DNA of 64,000 bases. It comes from Mobula birostris. Its lineage: Eukaryota. Where the stretch lies: positions 96,805,604 to 96,869,603 of the forward strand of contig NC_092383.1 of the NCBI RefSeq assembly GCF_030028105.1, in the 5' to 3' direction. The stretch's first letter is position 1; each line of letters opens with the position of its first letter. Shown in pieces: positions 1 through 12,856 of the stretch. The notes under the pieces are model-generated. The model ran no database searches. It was given only the letters and a program-made list of their open reading frames with translations, and was not told where the DNA came from. A program made the translations under genes and the position numbers.

Positions 1-39
1 AATCATGGTTAAAGCCATGATGCCCATATTATATGACAC

Positions 40-1022
40 AACACATAGAGTCATAGAGAGGTACGGCACAGAAACCGGCCCTTTGGCTCATCTAATCCAT
101 GCTGAAACTCTTTAAAGTGCATACTCCCATTGACCTGACTGTAGCCCTCCATATCCCTACTATCCATGTACCTATTCAAACTTCTCTTAAATGTTGAAAT
201 CAAGTTTGCATGGACCACTTGATCTGGCAGTTCATTCCACACTCTCATGACCCTCTGAGTAAAGAACTTTCACCTCAGATTCTCCTTGAACTTCTCACCT
301 TTCACCCTTAACCCATGACCTCTGGTTGTCATCCCACCCAACCTAGTAGAAAAAGCTTGCTTGCATTTACCCTATCTATACCCCTCATAAGTTTGTATAC
401 CTCTATAAAATCTACTCTCAATCTTCTACATTTTAAAGACTACAGTCATAACCAATTCAATGTTTCAATAGACAATAGGTGCAGGAGTAGGCCATTCGGC
501 CCTTTGAGCCAGCACCGCCATTCACTGATCATGGCTGATCATCCACAATCAGTACCCTGTTCCTGCTTTCTCCCCATATCCCTTGACTCCGCTATCTTTA
601 AGAGCTCTATCCAACTCTTTCTTGAAAAAATCCAGAGAATTGGCCTCCACTGCCTGCTGAGGCAGAGCATTCCACAGATCCACAACCCTCTGTGTGAAAA
701 AGTTTTTCCTCAACTCTGTTCTAAATTGTCTACTCCTTATTCTTAAACTGTGGCCTCTGGTTCTGGAACATGTTTCCTGCCTCTAGAGTGTCCAATCCCT
801 TAATAATCTTATATGTTTCAATCAGATCCCCTCTCATCCTTCTAAATTCCAGTGTATACAAGCCCAGTCGCTCCAATCTTTCAACATATGACATTCCCTC
901 CATCCCTGGAATTAACCGAGTGAACCTACACTGCACTCCCTCCACAGCACAAATGTCCTTCCTCAAATTTGGAGACCAAAACTGCACACAATAATCCAGG
1001 TGAGGTCTCACCAGGGCCCTGT
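40..1022 (-). mobile_element. Two CR1-LINE 3' fragments
   Basis: ORFs RPHLDYCVQFWSP..RFTRLIPG and ..FKRSLNRYMD, with catagaaac-type tails. Confidence 0.85.
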
Positions 1023-1420
1023 AGATAGATAGATAGATAGATAGATATACTTTATTAATCCCGAGGGAAATTTGGTTTCGTTACAACCGCACCAACCAAG
1101 AATAGAGCGTAAATATAGCAATACAAAAAATTCCAACAATCAAACAACAAAATGCAAACTATGCCAGATGGAAAATAAGTCCAGGACCAGTCTATTGGCT
1201 CAGGGTGTCTGACCCTCCATGGGAGGAGCTGCACATTCGATGGCCATAGGCAGAAACGACCTCCCGTGCCACCAAGTGTTGTATCACAATGGAATGTGGC
1301 CGAAGTCTAACAGTAAAAAGTTCAATATCCAGTCTGCAAACACGTTCCTCGATCGTAATATACTCCGGATTGCACCATCCGTTGTTAACCAGATCAGTAA
1401 GCACGAAACTCCTTTACGCT
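1023..1420 (-). mobile_element. Rex1/Babar-like LINE 3' fragment with (TAGA)n tail
   Basis: (TAGA)6 followed by tactttattaatcccgagggaaattt, then degenerate RT-end sequence. Confidence 0.55.
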
Positions 1421-1839
1421 TACCGCTCTCGGTGCACTTCCGGTCAGCTGGAACGGTATTACCCACCGAAATCCTCTTCTCCAAAAGTCTCTGTTGTCTC
1501 GACCCGGTCCTCTTTCCTCGGCTTTGTGATCCCCCTCTGCATCCTCTGTGTTTTCCTCCAGATTTCAGCAGGGGTGTCCACCGCTCTGTTAGCTAAGCCG
1601 GCCGGTCTTTGTTGGTCCGTGGAATACACAATGCGACCTTGCTTCTGTCCCGCGTGTCGGGATGTAACCATTTCCAGCGCTAAAGAAAACCCATATAAAA
1701 CTCTCTCTATCAGCATGTTAGAGAGGGTGCAGCTTCAACGTGTACCCGTGAGAAAAAAAGACAAAAATAACGTAAAGGACCTCTTTGCTCCTATACTCAA
1801 TTCCCCTTGTAATGAAGGCCAACATGCCATTAGCTTTCT

Positions 1840-2650
1840 TCACTGCCTGTTTTAAGTTATTAAGTTTCTTTATAACTCAGGTCCTCCAGGCCCAGTAACG
1901 TCCTTGTAAATTTTCTCTGTAGTCTTTCCTGTAGATAGGTGATCAAAACTGCACAAAATACTCCAAATTAGGCCTCACCATTGTCTTTCATAGCCTCAAC
2001 ATAACATCCCATCCTCTGTACTCAATACATTGATTCATGAAGGCCAATGTGCCGAAAGCTTTCTTTACGATTCTCTCTACCTGCGACGCCACTTTCAACA
2101 AATTATGTACCAGTATTCCCAGATCATTTTCTTCTCCCACACTCCTCAATGCCCTACCATTCACTGTGTAAGATCTACATTGGTCAGTCCTACCAAAGTG
2201 CAAAACAACGCACCTGTCTGTATTAAGTTCCACCTACCGTTTTTCAGCCCATTTTTCCAGCTGATAATAACGATGATCGACAAAATCTTGTCTGAAGTAC
2301 AGAGTATTAGCTTTCACGGATTGGGTTTTTTTCCCCTGGATTATCAAAGACTGAAGAGTCATCTGACAGAGTTTTATAAAATAACGAGGCACAAACAGGG
2401 CAGATGGTCATAGATTTCTTTCCCAGTGCAAAATATCAAATACCAGACAGGATAGCGTCAAATTGAGTAGGAAAAGTTAAGGAGATTTGAGGCAAGTTTT
2501 TCTGCACAGTGAGTGGTAGATGAAGTGGTGGAAGCAAATTTGATAACAATGTTTAGATAGGCATGGGATCATGCAGGGAATGAAGGGACAGGCACCAGAC
2601 ATAGGTAGGTGGTAATAATTTTGATTGACATGGTCACTGTGGGCCGAAGG
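1840..2650. mobile_element. CR1-LINE fragments
   Basis: ORF 1988-2233 ELNTDRCVVLHFGR..KAFGTLAF..IEYRGWDVMLRL (minus), plus a plus-strand 3' fragment. Confidence 0.75.
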
Positions 2651-2853
2651 GCCTGTTTCTGAGCTGTACAGTTTTATGTTCACCGTTCTTGGGCCCTGTC
2701 CAGTCTCTATATCTGTCAGCATTTCTTACTCTTTCTCTCTGTGTTCCTGTCATTTCCCTTCATTCATGTTGTCTTCTGGCCTTTCAGTACATTTAGTCTC
2801 TCCCTGCTGATCTATCTGTCTCAGCTTATGTGTTTGTTCCTAATTGTGTATCT

Positions 2854-2856
<3 letters not shown>

Positions 2857-2900
<44 letters not shown>
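2857..2900. repeat. (CT)22 microsatellite
   Basis: Direct read. Confidence 0.95.
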
Positions 2901-2910
<10 letters not shown>

Positions 2911-3399
2911 ATCCAACCACCCACCCTGAGCCCAGCTACATTCTCCGCTTCACACATTTCTCCACTTGTTGACCGGACATGTTCTGAGCCTCACTCATTT
3001 CCTGCCACCATTTGGCACCCTGAGCTCCTGTGCAGGACGAGAGCTGCTGTCGAGATGTGATGGCCTGATTGTCACAGGTTAAGGTGTTAGTGAAGCACTT
3101 TGCCCACAGGTGGCAGGAAATGGAAAAGTTCAGAATACTTCTGTTGATCAAGTGAAAAGATTCGTGAGTGGGAGATGAAACAATGTACAACCGGTTAACT
3201 AAATCTTGGGTTCAGTCTTCACGCAGAAGGTATAATTAACTTCCAGATATATTGGGGAAACAAGAGTCTAAAGAAAAAGAGAACTGCAGGACAGTGGTAC
3301 TGGTTAAAAATCCTGTGGAAATGACAGACAATAAATCCCTAGTGGCTGTATCAATTGTCATCCTCGAAGAGTCTCTTCGAGATTGTGGAGAGCCTCATG

Positions 3400-4500
3400 A
3401 ATTGAATTGAACTGACTTTGTTTTTTTACATCCTTCACATACACGACGAGTAAAAATCTTTACGTTATGTCTCCGTCTGAATGTGTAATGTGCAAATTAT
3501 AGTAATTTGTAATAAATAGCATGTAGAGTAAGATGTACAATAGAACAGTAAATATAGCTTAGAAATACAATTGTGTCAGCGTGAATTAATCAGTCTGATG
3601 GCCTGGTGGAAGAAGCTGTCCCGGAGCCTGTTGGTTCAGCCCCGTTTTGCATACCTGTCACTGTAAGTGTCCTGAATAGTGGGGAGTTCACATCCACAGA
3701 TGCGCCAGGCTGTCCGCGCCACTCTCTGTAGAGTCCTGCGATTGAGGGAAGTACAGATTGATAGAAACATAGAAAATAGGTGCAGGAGCAGGGCATTTGG
3801 TCCTTCGAGCCTGCACCGCCATTTATTATGATCATGGCTGATCATCCAACTCAGAACCCTGCCCCAGCCTTCCTTCCATACCCCCTGATCCCCGTAGCCA
3901 CAAGGGCCATATCTAACTCCCTCTTAAATATAGCCAATGAACTGGCCTCAACTGTTTCCTGTGGCAGAGAATTCCACAGATTCACCACTCTGTGTGAAGA
4001 AGTTTTTCCTAATCTCGGTCCTAAAAGGCTTCCCCTTTATCCTCAAACTGTGACCCCTCATTCTGGAAGCCAGTCAGGATGCTCTCAATTGTGCCCCTGT
4101 AGAAAGTCCTTAGGATCTGGGGGCTCATGCTAACCTTCTTCAACCATCTGAGATGAAAGAGGCACTGTTGTGTTTTTTTTCACTACACATCCGCTTTGTA
4201 CAGACCAAGTGAGATCCTCAGTGATGTGTATACCGAGGAACTTGAAGCTGTTCACCCTCACAACCCCAGATCCATTGATGTTAATAGGGGTTGTTAGTCT
4301 GTCTCCATTCCTAGTCCACAACCAGCTCCTTTGTTTTTGCAACATTGAGGGAGAGGTTACTTCTTGACATCACTGTGTCAGAGTGAGGGCTTCTCTGCAG
4401 GCTGCCTCATTATTATTTGAGATAAGGCCAATCAGTGTGGTATCATCTGCAAATTTAATTAGCAGATTGCAGTTGTGGGTGGTGACACAGTTATGGGTAT
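3400..4500 (-). mobile_element. Rex1-like LINE fragment with a nested CR1 (~3758-4072)
   Basis: RT-like text FKFLGIHITEDLTWS is interrupted by a catagaaacatagaaaataggtgcagg CR1 end. Confidence 0.65.
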
Positions 4501-5505
4501 AGAGAGAGTAAAGGTGGGGGGGGTAAGGACAGAGCCCTGGGGGGCTGGGGATCCTGTGGGGAGTGACTCACATCCTTACATCCCAAGCATTTCAGCACTC
4601 CACAAGGTACATCTGGAGCGGGATGGAACAGTCTCCACTTACCTGGGTGAGTGCGGCTCCAACAACTCTCCAGAAGTTCAACACCATCAGGCCAAAGCAA
4701 GTCCCTTCTCCCCGTCCCACCTCATTTTATCTCTCCCCCAGCCCCAGTGCTTCTGTTGCTGGATTGTGCTGTGATGGCTTCTGCCAGTGGAACACCTCAC
4801 CCTCTTCGATGCTGTGCCCCTCCCACAGTTACACCACTGTGGCAGCTTCAGGCGTTCCTGTGGCCCTGTCCCTCTTTAACCTCATCACATCAACGTCTGG
4901 GATGAAAAATTGTCTTCGCGAGACGTAACCGATGAAGTCTGTACACAGGGACTTGTCAAGGTTGTCCCCTTTGGGGGCTGTCACAGCCTCACAGATGTCT
5001 GGTCTTCAAGAAGGTAGAGCGAGTAGTGTCTCTGGTCCATGAATAGGATCTTTCTTGTCGTGGATCCTCAAGATCAGCGTGCAGTGAGTCATCCTTCCCA
5101 GTGTCCTGCTCTTCATTCTTGGTGAGTTTCTTTCCCCCCCCCCCCCCCCCACCTGCACTTTCCGGAGCAGATGAGGCTGGGATCACTCCAGTTCTGCTCG
5201 ATCTCCACTACCTCTCCTCTCTCTGATGCCAGCTGTTCATGCAACTGTTGTGGGAAGAGGAATCTGAGGGACGACCCTCCTCATCCACTGGACCACAGCC
5301 CATGCACAGTACCACACCTGCAAGGCCCAAGATGGTACCGCTACCTCCTCGCCATCCCCCACCAGAGGTGGCGGGTGCAGAGAATATGCTAGGTGCATCC
5401 TCTGGAGGGTCTACATGAGACACCTCAGCTCCACCGGCCATGAAGTTTCCATCCTGTTGGCCCCCTCTTTCCTGCCAGGGAGTTTAAAAGTCCAGAATAT
5501 TGTAT

Positions 5506-5820
5506 ATAGAAACATAGAAAACCTACAGCACATTACAGGCTCTTCAGCCCACAATGCTGTGCTGAACATGTCCTTACTTTAGAAATTACCTAGGGTTACA
5601 CATAGCCCTCTATTTTTCTAAGCTCCATGTACCTATCCAAGAGTCTCTATCATTTCTGCCTCCACCACCATCACCGGCAGCCCATTCCACGCACTCACCA
5701 CTCTCTGCGTAAAAAACTTACCCCTGACATCCCCTCTGTACCTGCTTCCAAGCACCTTAAAACTGTGCCGTCTCCTGCTGGCCATTTCAGCCTTGGGAAA
5801 AAGCCTGGGACCTTCCACTT
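5506..5820 (-). mobile_element. CR1-LINE 3' end
   Basis: FKVLGSRYRGDVRGKFFTQRVVSAWNGLP. Confidence 0.85.
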
Positions 5821-6199
5821 GTACCAGGTTACTCGTTTCACCTCGCCGTGCGCCCGCATAGCGTTCCATCGCAATTTGTGAATCTGTATGCCCCCCCCCC
5901 AGGCCTGATGTGATGAGATAAGATTGTTTCAAGAGGTGTTATCCATGGGGCGGGAGTGGGGATGGGGATATGGGTTTCAATTATAATCTCAAGGAGGGGG
6001 ATGTCTGGAGGAGGAGAAGCTCCCGGATTGATTGTCTATATGCTTCACAGATATGCTTCTCTGTGTCTCGGTGGCCGGTACCACGCTCAGACCAACAACC
6101 TGTTTCCTGCGTGGGTGGCATTCGTGTATTAACGCTTCAACAATGGCTGCTGGAGCATGGAACTGGGCGGGTGCCCTGACCATAAGGCTATGGTGGGAC

Positions 6200-7100
6200 A
6201 TGGGCAAGCCCGCTGTCTGCCTGATTTGTCAGATAAACGATCACGGCAAACAAGGAAGGCGAGGCTGACTTGAGGGTCGAGGCGTGCAGCTGTGATGCAA
6301 ACTCGGAGCGAGGTCGAGGGATGTTCGAGGAGAGGAGGTTGGAGTGAGGTTGAGATATGGTCGGGATGGAGCTGGGGCATGCGAGATGGAGAAAAGTTGG
6401 AGCGGAGGAGCTTTGGAGACTGGCCACCTAAACCAAGAGCGAGGTCTGATCGATCTAAGCACTGGGTCAGTTGGGAAAGGTCAGGTCCGGGCCGGAATGT
6501 GGCGGTGGGATCCAGGCACAGAGCGTATCGATGCAACAGGGCCCCTGCCTAAGAATGAGGAATGATCTGATGTTTGGATGATTTAAATGCCAGGCCAGAT
6601 AGATTGAAGAGGCAGGGGTGTTGGGACTGGAAGTGAGTGTCAGGCCAGTTCTGCTTACAGCTCCGTGACGTTTGCTCCACTCTTCGCTGCACTGAGGCTG
6701 AAGCTGTGGCCTGCTCTGGGTGCTCCGGGCTTCGTGCCTGTGGGCTCTGCAATGATTTGCCCGGCTGTGTGATGAACTGAGGCTGAGGCTGCGGCTGCGG
6801 CCTGCTCTGGCTTCTCAGGGCCTTGTGCCTGTGAGCTCTGCAATGATTTGCCCTGCTGTGTGATGAACTGAGGCTATGGCTGCGGCCTGCTCCAGCTGAT
6901 CCAGACTTTGTATGTGTGGACTCACTTTCATTCTAAATACTGTTGCATCTCCTATTGTTTGCACGATTAGTGTTTTTTTTAATCTCTCTGCACATTTGTT
7001 GGTCTTTTTTTCTTTATGGGTTCTTTTGGGTTCCTTGTTTTGTGGCTGCCTGTAAGGAGATGAATCTCAAGGTTGTATCATGTCTACACACTTTGATAAT
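6200..7100. repeat. Interspersed repeat with internal tandem units; related copies at ~29800-30935 and ~57470-58250
   Basis: Repeated tgtgatgaactgaggctg..ggcctgctc blocks and a shared 3' end gatgaatctcaaggttgtat. Confidence 0.7.
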
Positions 7101-8919
7101 AAATGTAGTTTGAACTGTGAGGTGCTTGTGAAAGGAGTCGAATCCGATGGTGTCACAGACACACAATAAAGAAACACGCCCTTACTATCTGTGATAACCT
7201 ATGAGTACCCGATTACACTTGACTGCAACTGGTCTGTAGTTTTCTATTGCTTGGCAACACAATTGCTTGTCCGGACACTTCTGAAATATTGTGAGCATTT
7301 CTGCCTCCTCCATACCCTCAGGTAGAATGTTACAGATTTTTCACCTCCTGGGTGAAAACCTTCTTCTTAAATGTCCTCCTGAACCTCCTATTCCCCACCT
7401 TTATATCATGTAGGGCCTTAAACAACTAGGCCTTGAGGAAAAATTTACAAACCTCCATGTCTATTCTGCCTACAATATTGTAGATCTCTATCAGGGTCTT
7501 TGGATCTCTCCTACATCCATATGGAAAATTATTAATGTACATTCAAAATTCAAAGTAAATTTATTATCAATTTACATATATGTCACCATATACAAACATG
7601 AGATTAATTCTCTTGAGGGCATACTCAGTAAATCCAAGAAACACAATAGAATCAATGAAACATCGCATCCAATGCACACAGATAGGGTCCAGCAACAACC
7701 CCTATGGGTCGAAACTGGCCATAGGCTTCCAAACACAAAAGCAACAGTCCACTATCACTCTCTGCCTCCTATTACCAATCTCACTTTGTATTTAATGTAC
7801 CAACTTGCCTTGGATCCCAGCAGATTAAACTTTTGGACATGCCTTCCACATCCTAGTGAGGTGTAGAGAGCTCGAATGGTCATGTGGGTGTATGAGATCA
7901 CTGGACCAGATCCTGCACAACGCTGTCGCTCCCCGTCTATGCTGTATTCCTGCATCGTTTATATTAAATCCCTGTCTCTCGTTCTCCTCACTTTCCAACA
8001 ACTCCCTCTCCCTTAAACCCGAGACACATCCATATACTGGGAAACTTGGGCAACACACCCTCCATGGAGGAGGAACTCAGCAGTTCAGGCAGCAGGCAGC
8101 CGAATCGTTGAGTATTATTCTCCTGCAGAGATGCTGTCTGACGTGCTGAGTTCTTCCAGCACTTTGTGTGTGTTGTTGCTCCCTAAATCTTTCCATTTTT
8201 CTCCCTCCCTTAAATCCCTGTTCTCCACTGAGTCCCACCTCATAAACATTCCTCACAAATCCTGAAATCAGCCTGAAATCTTCTCTCCTCCGCCCTCTTC
8301 CTTCCCTTCCTGATTTCTGGCAGAAGGTTGACAGAGTCTCTTGGACCTCCATTTTTCCCCAGTGATAATTCCGTACCCTCGGTGTGAACCAGTGTTTGAC
8401 AGTTGATCGCTCAAGATGGGAGAGTGGTGAGCATTTGGAAACTGTGCACAGGCTCACATCATTCATTTGATTATTGACTACTGTTTGAATAGGATTAATC
8501 AAGGTGATAATCTACAAGGGCACATTCTGACAAAGTCTCTTCCACCAGGCAAAACTGGGGAGTATTATTGAACTAACATTCAACACTTACAAAGCACAGC
8601 AGCAAAGAGCAGCCATGCTGTTGTCCCATAGACCTCACCCCTCACCACGACAGTGGGACACAGAGGAAACCTGCATCTCCAAGCCTCCGTCCCACATGCA
8701 GATCTCCCTGTGAGTCCGTACCCTCCTTGTGCCAGTGCCGAGGGAGAGACGATCCATCCTAGGCTACAGGATACTGTCCAGGGGTTCTGTCCTCAGCCCA
8801 TCCATGGGGGGTCTGGCATGGTGCATCACTGCAGCATACTCAGTGGGATTAGTCTCGGCAACGACCTCCGGACCAGCAAACTACAAAAGAAACAGAACCT
8901 GTCAGCTCTGGGCGATTTA

Positions 8920-9350
8920 AGGGAAACAGAGACAGGACACACTGTGTCAGGAATTTTTGGAGACTGGGAAACACAGACAGGGAAATAGAGTCCAGGACCC
9001 AGTCAGGGAGATAGAGACCAGAACACAGAGACAGGACCTGGAGACAGCACACAGAAACAAGAAGATACAGACCAGGACCCTGGGACAGAGATTTGCAGAG
9101 CATGAACAAGAGACAGAGTGTTACAGACCAGGACCCAGAGACAGGGAGATACAGATGAGGACACAGAGGCATGGAGATTTAGACAAAGACACAGAAGCAA
9201 GGAGATACAGACCAGGACCGGGAGACAAGACACAGAGACAGGGAGATATAGACCAGGATCTAGTGACAGGACATGGAGACTGGATACAGAGACAAGGACT
9301 CTGGAGAGGGGAGACATTGAGACTGGGCACATCGACACGTGACACATGGA
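8920..9350. repeat. GA-rich degenerate minisatellite (gagatacagaccaggacc units); also ~35040-35390 and ~62560-62950
   Basis: Direct read. Produces spurious repetitive ORFs. Confidence 0.85.
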
Positions 9351-9571
9351 CACAAAAGACCTGGACATGCAAAGCGACACACAATGATGGAAACTCAGAT
9401 CACCCAGTCAGCACCAATCAACTAACAAACAATCATACTGACCCAGCATCAACACGGTCTCACTCTCAGTGCATTCTGAATGAACTCACTAACTGCCCAT
9501 CGACACAAATATTAACACCACGACTGATCTTCAGAAATGCACACATTACTGGGCATAACCTCACGTACAGC

Positions 9572-9930
9572 GACAGGGTACCCCAGTGACTGGGAGTGTG
9601 GGGACAGGGTACCCCAGTGACTGGGAGTGTGGGGACAGGGTAACCCAGTGACTGGGAGTGTGGGGACAGGGTACCCCAGTGACTGGGAGAATGAGGGATT
9701 GCATACGCTGGTGACAGGATGTATGAGACAGGGATCCACAGTGACTGGGTGTGTGGGTACTGTACCCCAGTGACAGGGTGTGTGGAGGACAGTGTACCCC
9801 AGTGACTGTGTGTGTGTGTGGGTGCAGTGTATCCCAATGATTGGGTGTGGGGGACAGTGTACCCCAGTGACTGGGAGTGTGTGGGACAGTGAACCTCAGT
9901 AACCGGATTTGTGGGGGACAGTGCACTCAG
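9572..9930. repeat. 31-bp minisatellite gacagggtaccccagtgactgggagtgtggg and degenerate derivatives; also 35633-36090 and 63200-63530
   Basis: About 3.8 near-perfect units here, about 4.8 in unit 2, and a ~61-bp dimer array in unit 3. Confidence 0.9.
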
Positions 9931-10145
9931 TGACTGTGGGGTGTGTACAATTGCTGTTAGATCTGCCTGACCAGGCCTGGAGATCACTGAGGCAGAGTTT
10001 CAATTGACTCCTCAGTGGTACGTGGGATCTTGCTGTGCCCCCGTGTGTGCGCTGCTGAGTTCCGCAGTGGTGGTTGGAACGATCTCTGGTGATGGGGACC
10101 TGTGGTTGATCCTGGGATTGTGCAGATTACATGTAGGCCTTATGT

Positions 10146-10303
10146 TCAGTCTGCCCCAAGGAGGGAGAGTGACCCGGAGTGGCCTCTTTCCAGGGGTAAC
10201 GTGTCTGTCATTACCCTGTCATTCCCCTTGGGGGGCTGCCAGACGCTGTGATTCTTCTTCACCCACTGAAGATCTGTGTAAATGATGCCCGTCTCCGCTT
10301 GGT
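10146..10303 (-). CDS. Gene A exon 5, cytoplasmic tail with ITIM IIYTDL and stop
   Basis: Acceptor ctttctgtcccacAG, then DQAETGIIYTDLQWVKKN...LLGAD*. Exons sum to 951 nt = 316 aa plus stop. Further downstream splicing cannot be excluded. Confidence 0.8.
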
Positions 10304-10461
10304 CTGTGGGACAGAAAGGAGAGGTGACAGGATCTGTACTGAAACCATTCCCCACTTTATCTGAGCCCTCTCTCCCACCCCTGTTGTCACCCCCCTGCCC
10401 ATCCCCTCTCTCTCCCTCCCCCAAATACCAGACTCAACAACAGGGTGTCAGATCCACTCGC

Positions 10462-10596
10462 CTTCAGTCCCTGAAGTTACTTCCCTTCCCTCAGGTCTTC
10501 TCCTCCGTGTGACCATGAGAATCACAGTGAGAGCAAAGATCAGGACGATTCCCACCACTGACAGTACAATCTTCAGGATCACTGCATCTGGCACTG
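10462..10596 (-). CDS. Gene A exon 4, transmembrane plus juxtamembrane segment
   Basis: PVPDAVILKIVLSVVGIVLIFALTVILMVTRRRRPEGREVTSGTE. Polypyrimidine acceptor ttacAG. The donor is non-canonical, AAG|GCGAGT. Confidence 0.88.
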
Positions 10597-11253
10597 CTGT
10601 AACAGAGAGTAGAAGAGGTTTCCTGATGAATCCAGTCCTCATGCTCCCAGTGACACAGGATCGATGAATTCACTCCATCCCTCCTCAGTCGGAGAAAACT
10701 CCCTGTCACCTCAACACGGTCCCTCAGTACCCTACAATCACCATCACATAGCTCCCCTCCAAACCCCACCTCTCCACCCCGCTCCTCTCCCTTCCAACAT
10801 CCCTCAGTCCCTCCACCCCATTCCCTCCAATATCCCTCAGTCCCCTGAGTCCTCATTCTGTCCGATCACCATCACCTCACTGTCCTCCACCCCACCCCTC
10901 CCTTCCAATACCCTTCAATCCCTCCATCCCCATTCCCTCCAATCACCATCAAATCACTCACTTCCAAACCCATCACTTCCCCTCTGATACCTCTCAGTCC
11001 CCTCATCCCCCATTCCCTCTAATCAACATTACATCACTGACCCGCACCCCTCCCCTCCAATACTCCTCAGTCCCCTCATCCCCTATTTCCTCCAGTAACG
11101 ATCACAACACTCCGCTCCAACCCCTCCTACTCCATGGTGCTCCCAGTGGGACACAAAAGAAGAATACTGTTGACAGACACATTTGGAAATGTTTGTGGCA
11201 GGAATTAAGAAAATGGAGGAGGAATCAAAACTGTAATTGCCCATCTTCTCAAA

Positions 11254-11895
11254 CATAGAAACATAGAAAACCTACAGCACAATACAGACCCTTCGGCCCA
11301 CAAAGTTGTGCCGAACATGCCCTTACCTTAGAACTACCAAGACTTACCCATAGCCCTCTATTTTTCTGAGCTCCATGTACCTATCCAGGAGTCTCTTAAA
11401 TGACCCTGTCATATCCGCCTCCAGCACCATCACCGGCAGCCCATTCCACACACTCACCACTCTCTGCGTAAAAAAACTTACCCCTGACATCTCCTCTGTA
11501 CCTACTTCCAAGCACCTTAAAACCGTGCCCTCTTGTGTTAGCCATCTCAGCCCTGGAGGAAAGCCTCTGACTATCCACACGATCAATGCCTGTCATCATC
11601 TTATACACCTCTATCAGGTCACCTCTCATCCTCCGTCACTCCAAGGAGAAAAGGCCGAGTTCACTCAACCTATTCTCTTAAGACATGCTCCCCAATCCAG
11701 GCAACATCCTTGTAAATCTCCTCTGCACCCTTTCTATAGTTTCCACATCCTTCCTGTAGTGAGGTGACCAGAACTGAGCACAGTACTCCAAGTGGGGTCT
11801 GACCAGGGTCCTCTATAGCTGCAACACTTCCTCTCAGCTCTTGAACTCAATCCCATGGTTGAAGAAGGCTAATGTACCATATGCCTTCTCAACAA
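11254..11895 (-). mobile_element. CR1-LINE 3' fragment in gene A intron 3
   Basis: RGDLIEVYKMMTGIDRVDSQRL..FKRLLDRYMELRKIEGYG. Absent in unit 2. Confidence 0.9.
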
Positions 11896-12224
11896 CTCCA
11901 GTCTGTATGTATTCTGTCTGACAGGATACTGTAGAGGACCGTTAACTTTGTAGGTAACCTTCGTTTTTGGATTTTATACTCAGGCCTCCGATCTTATTTG
12001 TCAGCACAGCCTGGGTGAGGAACTGCAGTACATTTTGCAGAAGGTCCACACTGAATCAACTGTGCACTGTTGCTGGAGGGAGGGAGTGATTCGATTGGAG
12101 GGAAGGATTATTTAGGATGGTTGAGATACCGAGTGGTCAGGGAGGTGAAGGCTGAGCTCGAGGAGAGGGGTTACTGAGGGCCAATGTGAGGGAGCTGGAT
12201 TAAAATCAGTGGAGATACACTTAG

Positions 12225-12790
12225 TTAGATCCCACTTGGAGTACTGGGCTCAGTTCTGGTCGCCTCACTCACTACAGGAAGGATGTGGAAACCATAGAAA
12301 GGGTGCAGAGGAGATTTACGAGGATGTTGCCTGGATTGGGGAGCATGCCTTATGAGAATAGGTTGAGTGAACTTGGCCTTTTTTCCTTGGAGTGACGGAG
12401 GATGAGAGGTGACCTGATAGAGGTGTATAAGATGATGAGGGGCATTGATCGTGTGGATAGTCAGAGGCTTTTTTGAAGGACTGAAATGGCTGCCACAAAG
12501 GGACATCGTTTAAGGTGCTTGGAAGTAGGTACAAGGGGGTGTTAGAGGTAAGTGTTCAGACAGAAAGTGGTGGGTGCATGGAACTGCCAGCAATGGTGGT
12601 AGAGGTGAATACAGTAGGGTCTCTTAAGAGATTGTTCGATAGGTGCATGGAGCTTAGAAAAATCGAGGGCTATGCTGTAGGGAATTTCGAGGCAGTTTCT
12701 AGAGTAGGTACATGGTCAGCACAACATTGTGAGTCAAAAGGTCTGTAATCTGCTGTAAATTTTTTATGTTTTTATGAAGCTGTTCTATGC
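12225..12790 (+). mobile_element. CR1-LINE 3' fragment, inverted relative to 11254-11895
   Basis: cccacttggagtactgggctcagttctgg..RCMELRKIEGY. Absent in unit 2. Confidence 0.9.
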
Positions 12791-12856
12791 TGTCCCGTTT
12801 TACACTCCTGGGACAGGAGATCTAACTAAATTGCAACATCTTCGTCGGACACTCAC

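Noticed and set aside
9572-9690. Regular ~31-bp repeats superficially CRISPR-like
   Set aside because: Head-to-tail tandem units without unique spacers, eukaryotic context, no cas genes.
8957-9987. Long ORFs of 120-210 aa (also 34968-35650 and 62600-63580)
   Set aside because: They are translations of GA-rich and 31-bp minisatellites.
10000-10160. Alternative-frame tail ending QQDPTYH* as a second tyrosine-motif exon
   Set aside because: No phase-compatible donor/acceptor pair was found, and it is not an ITIM/ITSM consensus.
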